A stretch of 64,000 nt of DNA from an uncultured Methanosarcinales archaeon (GTDB lineage: Archaea > Nanobdellota > Nanobdellia > Woesearchaeales > GW2011-AR4): contig CAZYSP010000002.1 of assembly GCA_964650285.1 (NCBI GenBank), positions 9,827 through 73,826 on the forward strand. Reading direction: 5' to 3'. The notes under the pieces were generated by a model. The model did no database searches. It saw only the letters and a list, made by a program, of their open reading frames with translations, and was not told where the DNA came from. Within the stretch, counting starts at the first letter, position 1, and each line of letters opens with the position of its first letter. The position numbers and the translations under genes are program-made. Of the stretch, positions 9,380 through 17,235 are shown piece by piece.

Positions 9380-10474
9380 TTAGTTAATTGTAGAAATTAT
9401 ATTATTATTTTCGTCAATTTCAAAGGTTTTCCCAAGAAATTTCTCTATTGTGTAGATATTTGTCTTAGTGTGGTTTGTTATTTTTGATGTTTTGATTTTA
9501 TTGCCAGCTAGAGCCGTAAACGGCAAAATTTGGTCTGCAAGATGCATATCAACGGGTGCTTTGCTATTTATTTCTGCTGCAAGTGTTTGAGCTGCTTCTT
9601 TGCCAACGATTTCTGCTTTTTTTCCTCTTTCTCCTAGTGAATCTGCACCAAGCCTTATTGGATTTTTAATATCAATCTCATCTTTATTTTTTGAGAAAAT
9701 TGCCCACAAGGTTATTCCAGAGCCAGTTGATAGTGTCTCACTATAATGTATTTGGATGTTTACTGGACATTTATAATTACTTAAGCTTACTTCAGCTGCT
9801 TTTGCCTGCCTTTCAGCAACATTTGCATTTTGCAAATCTAATGAAGCATGGGAAATACCTTTTATTTGTATTAAGCTTCCTTGTTCCATTAAATTAATCT
9901 TTGGAGCATTATTTTTTATATTATTATAAAATTCATTAAAATCCTTGAAATCTGAAATTTTGTATATTGGATTAATTTTTAGCTGTACATTGCCATTTCC
10001 TTTTGGATAATAGCCGCGCTTTATCAGCCTGTATTCTATATTTGAGTATTTTTTAATTTGGGGTAAAAAAATTTCATTGAAATATTCTATAGAAGAAGCC
10101 CATTTTCCGTTTGTGCCTCCAATTACGTTTAATTTAACTGGCTTGTTTGCAAACATTGATGGCAATAAGACTGCTTGTAGGAATAAAGATATAGAGCCAG
10201 CTGTTTGTATGTCTATATCTATGGTTTTGCCTTCTATTTTTTCTGGAACATATTTTAATGATGTAGAGCCTAGAGAAGCACCTTCTGTTTTAGCATTGCA
10301 TAGCTTTTCCAGAGCTTTGATGCAGAATAAATGCTGGTGCTTTAAACCTGACTGCGGCCTGTTTTTTCTAATGTTTGTTATTTCAAAGGGTTTTTGGGTT
10401 AATGTGGATAGGGCTAATGCTATTCTTGCTATAGAACCACCACCTTCAAGATAACTGCCATCTAACTCTATCAT
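9380..10474 (-). CDS. rtcA: RNA 3'-terminal phosphate cyclase
   Basis: MIELDGSYLEGGGSIARIALALSTL...IRKNRPQSGL matches the RtcA N-terminal signature. Confidence 0.85.
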   Translation of the reverse strand: MIELDGSYLEGGGSIARIALALSTLTQKPFEITNIRKNRPQSGLKHQHLFCIKALEKLCNAKTEGASLGSTSLKYVPEKIEGKTIDIDIQTAGSISLFLQAVLLPSMFANKPVKLNVIGGTNGKWASSIEYFNEIFLPQIKKYSNIEYRLIKRGYYPKGNGNVQLKINPIYKISDFKDFNEFYNNIKNNAPKINLMEQGSLIQIKGISHASLDLQNANVAERQAKAAEVSLSNYKCPVNIQIHYSETLSTGSGITLWAIFSKNKDEIDIKNPIRLGADSLGERGKKAEIVGKEAAQTLAAEINSKAPVDMHLADQILPFTALAGNKIKTSKITNHTKTNIYTIEKFLGKTFEIDENNNIISTIN

Positions 10475-10515
10475 AAAAACAAAGAATAAGGGTTATTATT
10501 TAAAAATTGTTAAAG

Positions 10516-10764
10516 TTAGATGTTTTCTATCTCTGCAAGTATGCTATCAACATCATCCAGCTCAGATGTATCAAGCTCTTCATCTGTGTCAGCAGCATCA
10601 GAAATATCTGCTGCAACCTCATCTACAGAGGCTTCTCCTGTCACCGGAGCTTCTACTTCTGGTTCTTCTGCAGGAGGTACAGGAGTTGGTTTAGGAGCAC
10701 AACTCACTATTAAAACCATTACCAACATTATTAACACACTAAAATTTAATTTTTTAAGCTTCAT
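10516..10764 (-). CDS. small secreted acidic protein (signal peptide, lipobox-like VSCAP, poly-acidic tail)
   Basis: start placed at the internal Met before the hydrophobic stretch; composition protein-like, but the opposite-strand low-complexity ORF makes it uncertain. Confidence 0.35.
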   Translation of the reverse strand: MKLKKLNFSVLIMLVMVLIVSCAPKPTPVPPAEEPEVEAPVTGEASVDEVAADISDAADTDEELDTSELDDVDSILAEIENI

Positions 10765-12265
10765 TTTCTTCTTCATCCTCAGTTTCATCTTCAATTTCTT
10801 CCTCGTCTTCTTCATCTTCTATCTCAATTAAATCGTCTTCATCATCTGTTTCAAAGTCAGCTTCTCTGTAAGATGCTTTGATCTCTCTTACAATCTCTTT
10901 TAAGATATCATGTGCCTCTTTTAGGTCATCATGAGCTTCTCTTGCTAATGCTTTTGCTTCTTCAAGCAAAGTTTTTCTATCTTCATCAACGCCAGTTGCT
11001 TTTGCTTCTTTGAATTTTTCATTGGATTGTCTTAATTTGTCTCTGGCTTCGGCTATTTTGTCGCTAAATTGTGTTACTTTCTCATCTATACCTTCTACAT
11101 CAATTCCCTTTTCTTCCATCTCTGCCAGAATTCTGTCTAGCTTTTTTTCTAAGTGCTCGCTTCTTTTTACCAAGCTTCTTACTTTTCCATTAACAACTTC
11201 TCTAGCATGTATCTTTGATTTTGCCTTTATTCTTTTCCAGGCTACATTTATTTTTTTAGCTGCTGCCCTTATTTCTTCTTTTGTGGTTGCTGCTTCTACA
11301 TCTGCTTTTGCATCATTTATCTCATCAATTTTTGCATTTATATCGGCTATAATAGACTCTGTTTCTTTTTCATCCAAATCTTCTGATTCCTGAACTTTGC
11401 TTTTTACCTTTTCAAGATGATTTATTATTGCTTCAGCTGCCCTTAACAATCCTTTTTTTGCGTGCTCTATTATTGCTTCATCATTTCCTGCTTCTTTAGC
11501 CTCAATTAATGAACTTCTTCTTTCTTTTATTTTCTCTTTAGCTTCATGGAGTCTTTCTTCTGCTCGTTCAAATCTTTCTCTTATCTCCACTTTTTTATTT
11601 TCTGAAACTATTCTTTTCTTGAATTTCAATCTTACATCTACTTTCCTGATTTTAATTTTATCGAGCCTTTGTTTTATCTTGGCTTTGTCAAGTTTAGAAA
11701 TTTCGTCCAGCCTTGCCCTGTCCAGATTGGAAAGTTTTTCAATCTGTCTTGCATCTAAATCAGCAATTTTCTTGAGCCGCTCTTCACTTAAGCCGAGCAT
11801 TTTGCTTAGCCTAGCTTCTTTAACTGTTGTTAACCTAGTTATTTGCTTTTGTCTTAGATTTGAAAGTTTTTCAATCCTTTCTTTGTTTAATTTGCTAATC
11901 CTTTCCAGCTTCTCTTTTTCTAAATGCTTTAATTTTTCAAGTTCTTCTTTTCTTAGTTCTTTTAACCTATCTAACCTTTCTTTTCTCAGATCTATAAATT
12001 TTCTTTCTTTTAGAATATCTTCTTTTGTTATTCTAACTGCTGTGACTCTTTTTTTCTGAATTTCTTTCGAGTTTTCTGCTTTTTCTTTTTGCAGTTCTTC
12101 AGCCGCCCTGAGTTTTTCTTTTTGTAAGTCTTCAGCTGCTTTTAGCCTATCTTTTTCTAATTCTTCAGCTTCTTTTTGATTGTCTGTTAGGTCTTGGGCA
12201 ATAGAAATAGGTATTAAGCTTATTAAAAAAATCATTAATACAAATATGGCTCCTTTTTTTTTCAT
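10754..12265 (-). CDS. secreted coiled-coil protein with repetitive KEKL/EEL heptads and an acidic D/E tail
   Basis: N-terminal signal peptide MKKKGAIFVLMIFLISLIPISIA, long charged coiled-coil, C-terminal DEDDLIEIEDEEDEEE. Confidence 0.5.
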   Translation of the reverse strand: MKKKGAIFVLMIFLISLIPISIAQDLTDNQKEAEELEKDRLKAAEDLQKEKLRAAEELQKEKAENSKEIQKKRVTAVRITKEDILKERKFIDLRKERLDRLKELRKEELEKLKHLEKEKLERISKLNKERIEKLSNLRQKQITRLTTVKEARLSKMLGLSEERLKKIADLDARQIEKLSNLDRARLDEISKLDKAKIKQRLDKIKIRKVDVRLKFKKRIVSENKKVEIRERFERAEERLHEAKEKIKERRSSLIEAKEAGNDEAIIEHAKKGLLRAAEAIINHLEKVKSKVQESEDLDEKETESIIADINAKIDEINDAKADVEAATTKEEIRAAAKKINVAWKRIKAKSKIHAREVVNGKVRSLVKRSEHLEKKLDRILAEMEEKGIDVEGIDEKVTQFSDKIAEARDKLRQSNEKFKEAKATGVDEDRKTLLEEAKALAREAHDDLKEAHDILKEIVREIKASYREADFETDDEDDLIEIEDEEDEEEIEDETEDEEENEA

Positions 12266-12381
12266 TTTGATTATTTGATGGTTCGGAGTTTATAAATTTT
12301 TTGCTATATCAGTTATTGATTTTAAGAGTAGAAAACCTTATAAATCTGAACTATTTTGGCATTTTCGGGGGGTGTAGTTAC

Positions 12382-13170
12382 ATGTCAGCTGAAAAAGAGT
12401 TGGTTAATTTCTGGCTAAACAGGAAAGGATATTTTACTGTCAATAATCTTAAAAGCGGGAATAAGGATATTGGAATTCTAGCGCTAAAGTTTGATAAAGA
12501 AGTTTTGACCCATATTACGCATGTTGAGATAACTTGCTCAATAACTGGTTTTAATGAACAAAATTATGCTATTGATAAACTCATTAATGAGAAATTCGAT
12601 GACAAGAACATTACTGCTGCAATAAAAAAATACACAAAAGATATGAGCAAGGATATTGATATAGAGAACGTTGTTGTTCTTAACTCTCTGCCAAAAGAAA
12701 AGGACAACATAATAAAAAATTTAGGAAAAAAGGGCGTAATAATGGTAGAGTTTGAGGCCATACTCTCTGATGTAATGAAAGAGCTAAAAACAGGTTATTT
12801 CAAAAATGATGTTATAAGGACGATGCAGATTACAAAGTTTTTGTTATTGCAAAATCCAAAAAAGTTTGTTGATGTTTTGTACAATACATTGAGTCAGGCA
12901 AAAATAAGGGAATTTTTAGCTGAGCTATTAAACAGAGATGAGATAATAAAAGAGTTCAAGAAGACAAATGAAGAAAGACTGGCTTTGATATTAAAGCGAG
13001 CTACGATTAAACCAGAGAAATTAGCTGAAATGCTGGAAAAGGGTGTCTTGAACAGGAAAACAAGAAAGCCTTTTATCACATCCCTTATGGAGCAGAAGAA
13101 GATTGGCAAGGTGTATAAAAAAGAAGCAGAGAGAAGAAAAGAAACACCCTTGAAGAAGTTTTTTGGATGA
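12382..13170 (+). CDS. hypothetical protein; N-terminal region resembles a PD-(D/E)xK (Hjc/restriction endonuclease-like) fold
   Basis: pattern E..LV.FWL...GY.....SG.KDIGILALK.....H.EI.C resembles the Hjc-type E..D..E.K arrangement; start moved to ATG 12382. Confidence 0.35.
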   Translation: MSAEKELVNFWLNRKGYFTVNNLKSGNKDIGILALKFDKEVLTHITHVEITCSITGFNEQNYAIDKLINEKFDDKNITAAIKKYTKDMSKDIDIENVVVLNSLPKEKDNIIKNLGKKGVIMVEFEAILSDVMKELKTGYFKNDVIRTMQITKFLLLQNPKKFVDVLYNTLSQAKIREFLAELLNRDEIIKEFKKTNEERLALILKRATIKPEKLAEMLEKGVLNRKTRKPFITSLMEQKKIGKVYKKEAERRKETPLKKFFG

Positions 13171-13175
13171 TTTTT

Positions 13176-13610
13176 TTATTTAATTTTAGCCATATGCAAA
13201 GCAGCTTTTACAGCTCTTTTTGAATATTCTATAGCACGTGCGTCAGCTTGCTGCCAGGTTACTCTTGGGCCTATTATTCCGAAACCAATAGGTTTGTTGT
13301 AATGCAGAGAAAGTTCCAGCAGTTTTTGTGCAATAGTATTTACAATCACTACATCGTGTTGAGTATCACCCTGGATTACAGCTCCTAAAGTCACTACTGC
13401 ATCTATCTTTTCTCTTAAGGCTACACTTGTACTTATTTTTTTGTCCTCAAGCAAATTTTTTACAGCAAAAGGGATTTCAAATGTCCCAGGAACATGAATT
13501 TTTTTGACTACTTTTGCGCCTAAAGATTTTGCAACCTTTTCAGCATTCTTTTCCATCTTTGATGTTATTTTTTCATTAAAATCTGAAATAACAATAGCTA
13601 TTTTTGTCAT
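13176..13610 (-). CDS. ribH: 6,7-dimethyl-8-ribityllumazine synthase
   Basis: MTKIAIVISDFNEKIT...VPGTFEIPFAVKNLL...DAVVTLGAVIQGDTQHD matches archaeal lumazine synthase. Confidence 0.9.
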   Translation of the reverse strand: MTKIAIVISDFNEKITSKMEKNAEKVAKSLGAKVVKKIHVPGTFEIPFAVKNLLEDKKISTSVALREKIDAVVTLGAVIQGDTQHDVVIVNTIAQKLLELSLHYNKPIGFGIIGPRVTWQQADARAIEYSKRAVKAALHMAKIK

Positions 13611-13637
13611 TTTATTTTTTAATTGATTTAATGGTTT

Positions 13638-13750
13638 TTGCCAGAGCGGACCGTAGTCAAAATGGGTATTTTTTAAAAAACAAAAAATGCAAGCATTTTA
13701 ATTTCAGATTTATGGTTATTCTGCCCACCCCCATCCCCTAAATTGGCAAA
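13638..13750. repeat. GC-rich intergenic repeat element, copy A (between ribH start and phosphoesterase end)
   Basis: TTGCCAGAGCGG...C-rich GCCCACCCCCATCCCC...TTGGCAA; ends are mutually complementary. Confidence 0.5.
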
Positions 13751-13764
13751 AACCTTTTTTATTT

Positions 13765-14310
13765 TTATAATTTAATTATCTTTCCCTTTATTTCGTCATT
13801 TATTGTTAATATTCCAAAGGTGTTTATTGTCGCAAAGACTGTGTCTGTTGGACTGCCGGGATTAAACATCAATGTGTTGTCTATTTTTCCATTAAATGGT
13901 CGGTGGGAGTGGCCAAATATTATGCAGTCAGGCTTTTCTTCAAAATAATTTAAAATGCGTTCAGCAAGACCTTCTGGTGGACCAGAGCCGTGTGTTACTG
14001 CAATCTTAAATTCTTTGTCATTGTTTTTTATATTGATAATGGCTTTTTCCGGCATTTTCTCAGCAACGTCATCAGAGTCCATATTTCCATGCACACCAAC
14101 AAAGTTATTATTATTTTCCAGGCTGTTGGCAACTTCTATTGTTTGAAAATCTCCGGCATGGATTATTAAATCAGCATCCTTAAAGTGCCCTATAAGCTGC
14201 TCTGGTATTTTTGCTGCCCTTACAGGAATATGCGTGTCTGATAGGACAACTATTTTTTTTATATTTTCCAGATTTTTTACTTCTGTTTTAGAGCTTAACA
14301 GGACCTTCAT
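13765..14310 (-). CDS. metallophosphoesterase (MJ0936/YfcE-like)
   Basis: VVLSDTHIP, HAGDF, GNMD, GHSHRP motifs; start trimmed to the internal Met to avoid overlap with ribC. Confidence 0.7.
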   Translation of the reverse strand: MKVLLSSKTEVKNLENIKKIVVLSDTHIPVRAAKIPEQLIGHFKDADLIIHAGDFQTIEVANSLENNNNFVGVHGNMDSDDVAEKMPEKAIINIKNNDKEFKIAVTHGSGPPEGLAERILNYFEEKPDCIIFGHSHRPFNGKIDNTLMFNPGSPTDTVFATINTFGILTINDEIKGKIIKL

Positions 14311-14752
14311 CCTCTTTTCCTTGTCTCCTGCCAGTACCCGCATATTTTGTTAAGATTGTTTTGCCTTTTAATAGCTCAAGAGCATTTAAGGCATGTTTTT
14401 CTGAACGGTTTTTTGCTATTTCATAAAGTTCCTTATCATCTTTTGCCTCATCCATGTGAACAAAGACTTCCAGAATATGCTTCTTTACTTTCAATTGCGC
14501 ATTTTGAATTCCTGTTGAGGCTTCATGAGCGCACTGCCTGTCTATTGGAGCAGCTCCTGCCATTCCAAATGCCATAACAATATCGCAATTATGATCTTCA
14601 AAAAGTCTTAAGCATGCCACTAGCAAATCCTTAAAGCCCGGCACTGTATATCTTTCTATTTCACACTCTGAATTTTTTTTAATTATATCTATTGCAAAGC
14701 CTGCCATGTTCACTCTTGCAAATGTTGTATCAGCAATGCCTATTTTTGTCAT
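14288..14752 (-). CDS. ribC: riboflavin synthase, archaeal type (MJ1184 family)
   Basis: MTKIGIADTTFARVNMA...IVMAFGMAG...CAHEASTG...EVFVHMDEAKDDKEL matches the archaeal riboflavin synthase family. Confidence 0.85.
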   Translation of the reverse strand: MTKIGIADTTFARVNMAGFAIDIIKKNSECEIERYTVPGFKDLLVACLRLFEDHNCDIVMAFGMAGAAPIDRQCAHEASTGIQNAQLKVKKHILEVFVHMDEAKDDKELYEIAKNRSEKHALNALELLKGKTILTKYAGTGRRQGKEDEGPVKL

Positions 14753-14877
14753 TTTATATCATTATTTTGTTCAATTTTTTAATATTTTTATCTCATTAAT
14801 TTATCCAATTTTTTATTAATTTTAATTCAATAATTTTATTATTGATAATTTTTAATTATATTGGATATTTTTTATTG

Positions 14878-15246
14878 TTATTGGAGCATTAATTTTATTT
14901 TATCCCCTTCTTTAAGGTTTAATTTTGATTTTAAATGTATTGGTGCAATAAACTCTATAATATCCTTATGCTTGTTTATGTCTGGTATTATTATAAAGCC
15001 ATTTGTATTATTTATTTTTGCTTTATAACAATTTACTCCATAAAATGTTCTATTATCTTTTTCATAGCCGTTAATTCTTATTGGACTGGTTTTTTTTAAT
15101 GGATCTATTTGTGTTTCGTTGACTTTTAAATTTAATGTTCCTGGATATGCCTCAAAACCAAGCTTTTCCTTGATTTCCTTTTTGTAGTGCTCCATGGACA
15201 TGAAAAAAGAGCCTTCTCCTAGTCCAGAAGTTACGATGCCTTCCAA
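14878..15246 (-). CDS. ribK: CTP-dependent riboflavin kinase, archaeal type (MJ0056 family)
   Basis: GIVTSGLGEGSFFMSMEHYK...EAYPGTLNLK...FYGVNCY...IAPIHLKSKLNL; the longer ORF (to 15330, TTG) would translate the upstream repeat, so an internal TTG at 15246 is the likely start. Confidence 0.7.
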   Translation of the reverse strand: MEGIVTSGLGEGSFFMSMEHYKKEIKEKLGFEAYPGTLNLKVNETQIDPLKKTSPIRINGYEKDNRTFYGVNCYKAKINNTNGFIIIPDINKHKDIIEFIAPIHLKSKLNLKEGDKIKLMLQ

Positions 15247-15305
15247 AATTATTGCACCCCCATGCTTAGAAGAGTTATTTTGCTTATAAAGTTTTGTGTG
15301 AATAA

Positions 15306-15511
15306 GGGCTGTGCCAGAGCGGTGTTGCAAGCGGCATTCGACAAAGTCGAATGCAATTCACGGCAAAATGCTGCATCTTGATTTTATTTTTTAAAACACT
15401 TAGTGCAGATTCACAGCATTTTAATTGATGTCATTTGATGCTATTTCCCACTCACCGCCCGTGAATTGCGAGCGGCTCGGAGTCGCTCGTCGCGTTCACT
15501 AGACACAGCCC
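15306..15511. repeat. GC-rich intergenic repeat element, copy B (longest copy, perfect 8-bp terminal inverted repeat GGGCTGTG/CACAGCCC)
   Basis: shares CCAGAGCGG, CAAAATGCTGCATCTTGATT (20/20 with copy C), AAAACACTT, ACAGCATTTT and C-rich blocks; carries extra internal hairpins. Confidence 0.55.
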
Positions 15512-15529
15512 TATATTTTTATGTAGAAA

Positions 15530-15961
15530 TCATCTAAACAAATCCTTAAAGCTTATATTGAGTTTTTTTCCTGTTTTGATGTCTTTTGCAAAGACCTTTT
15601 TTTGTATGCTGATTACCTTTATTTTGTCTCCTTTGTATTCTATTATGTCTCCTTTTTTGAATTTTGGGATGCGGAAAAGCACATTTACCCTATAAAGGTC
15701 TTTGCTGGTTACCCTGCTTCTGGTGTGCAGCTTTCTGCTCACTATTAACTGGCCAGAAAAATGGTGCTGGAGTTTGTTTCCAAGGCTTCTTAGGAGTTTT
15801 TGCGGAGCTACGTAAATATCTATTCCGTTTGTTACCTTGCTTATCTTAGCTATATTTGCATTTTCATTTTTTTCTATTTCCTTCACTGCAAATTCAACTA
15901 CTTCATCGCCTATATTTCTTAACTGCAATGTTCCTTCAAAATAGTCCTTATTGTGCATCAT
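15530..15961 (-). CDS. hypothetical protein, possibly NMD3-family related
   Basis: weak resemblance only; basic C-terminal region. Confidence 0.3.
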   Translation of the reverse strand: MMHNKDYFEGTLQLRNIGDEVVEFAVKEIEKNENANIAKISKVTNGIDIYVAPQKLLRSLGNKLQHHFSGQLIVSRKLHTRSRVTSKDLYRVNVLFRIPKFKKGDIIEYKGDKIKVISIQKKVFAKDIKTGKKLNISFKDLFR

Positions 15962-15973
15962 TGTAAAATTGGT

Positions 15974-16110
15974 CTATGCCAGAGCGGAATTGAAGCCAAA
16001 ATGCTGCATCTTGATTCTTTCCGTAAAAACACTTGGTAAAGGTACACAGCATTTTTATTAATGTCTTTGCATGCTTTTGCCCGCCCGCCTCCCCTAGAAA
16101 GGCATAGCCC
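15974..16110. repeat. GC-rich intergenic repeat element, copy C
   Basis: CTATGCCAGAGCGG...CAAAATGCTGCATCTTGATT...AAAAACACTTGGT...ACACAGCATTTT...GCCCGCCCGCCTCCCC...GGCATAG; termini complementary. Confidence 0.55.
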
Positions 16111-16173
16111 CTTTTTATATATATTCAACAAAAACAAAAGCTTTTTATGCTTTCTTGTTGTTTTTTGGGGTTT

Positions 16174-16776
16174 ATGGGTAAAAGGAAGTTTAAAAAACTA
16201 CTTAAAAAGGTGTGGTATTTCATTTGGGAAGACAACAGTATATGGAGCTGGTTTGTTAATGTAATACTGGCATTTGTTCTTATTAAGTTTATTGTGTATC
16301 CTGGTTTGGGTTTTTTATTGACAACTAGCCATCCTGTTGTTGCGGTTGTAAGCGAGAGTATGGAGCACAATATGGAGTTTGATGCGTGGTGGGAAAAAAA
16401 TAATGATTGGTATATTGAAAATGGAATTAATAAAGAATATTTTGAAAAATTTCCATTAAAAAATGGCTTTAATAAAGGGGATATTATGGTTTTAGTTGGC
16501 AAGGATGTAGAAGATATTAATATCGGGGATATAATAGTTTTCAAAAGCAACAGAAAAGATCCTATAATACACAGGGTTGTTAAAAAAATGCAAAATGGTG
16601 AAATTCATTTCCAGACAAAAGGCGACAATAACAAGGATTCCATAAAAAATAGCAAACTTGATGAGACGAATTTAAGAGAAAATATTATAATAGGAAAAGC
16701 TGTTTTTAGAGTGCCTTTATTAGGATACATAAAAATATGGTTTGTTGAGATACTTAAATTTATAGGTCTGGCATAA
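16174..16776 (+). CDS. signal peptidase I (archaeal/eukaryotic S26B type)
   Basis: N-terminal TM segment then VVSESMEH (S..SM.P active-site box) and a GD..KGDNN-type downstream box. Confidence 0.75.
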   Translation: MGKRKFKKLLKKVWYFIWEDNSIWSWFVNVILAFVLIKFIVYPGLGFLLTTSHPVVAVVSESMEHNMEFDAWWEKNNDWYIENGINKEYFEKFPLKNGFNKGDIMVLVGKDVEDINIGDIIVFKSNRKDPIIHRVVKKMQNGEIHFQTKGDNNKDSIKNSKLDETNLRENIIIGKAVFRVPLLGYIKIWFVEILKFIGLA

Positions 16777-16825
16777 TGATTCAGTAAGATTATTATATAA
16801 GAACTAAAAATGAGGCTTAAATAAA

Positions 16826-17140
16826 ATGTTTTGTCCGAAGTGCGGTTCTGTATTGTTGCCGAAAAAGGAGGGAAATAAGAAGAGCCTAGTGTGCAGTTGT
16901 GGATATAAAAGCACTAATGTAGAGGGTATAAAGATAACTGAAACTGTGGCTAAAAAGGAAAAAGAAGTTGAGGTGATAGAGAACAGTATCGATATACTTC
17001 CAAAAACCAAGGTTAAATGCGAGACGTGCGGGCATAAGGGGGCTTTTTTCTGGACTGTACAAACAAGAGCAGGAGACGAACCAGAGACTAAATTTATGAA
17101 GTGTGAGAAGTGCGGGCATATATGGAGAGATTATGATTGA
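16826..17140 (+). CDS. tfs: transcription factor S / RNA polymerase subunit M (TFIIS-type Zn ribbon)
   Basis: N-terminal CPKCG...CSCGY Zn ribbon and C-terminal CETCGHKGAFFWTVQTRAGDEP...CEKCGH TFIIS C-terminal motif. Confidence 0.85.
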   Translation: MFCPKCGSVLLPKKEGNKKSLVCSCGYKSTNVEGIKITETVAKKEKEVEVIENSIDILPKTKVKCETCGHKGAFFWTVQTRAGDEPETKFMKCEKCGHIWRDYD

Positions 17141-17235
17141 TAAGGCTTTTATCAAAAGTTTTAGGGTATAGAAAGTTATAAATAATAAACATTTAAATAT
17201 TATCTTTGAAATACTAATTAAAAAAGAGGTGCTAG

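Noticed and set aside
10520-10831. Plus-strand 103-aa Ser-rich ORF
   Set aside because: Mirror-strand product of the acidic minus-strand ORFs; pure low-complexity poly-Ser.
11010-12059. Plus-strand ORFs 11010-11393 and 11619-12059
   Set aside because: Antisense to the long coiled-coil gene. Ser/Leu-rich translation typical of the reverse frame of K/E-rich repeats.
15306-15511. Repeat copy B as an SRP RNA, RNase P RNA or FMN riboswitch
   Set aside because: No helix-8 GGAAGG/AGCAGC-type SRP motifs, no RNase P CR-I/CR-IV boxes, and no RFN-element consensus. Three to four similar copies also argue against a single-copy housekeeping RNA.
15306-15511. Repeat copy B as a classic MITE or IS remnant
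   Set aside because: The terminal inverted repeats are not conserved between copies (only complementary within each copy). No transposase or target-site duplication was seen. Kept as an unresolved alternative in the findings.
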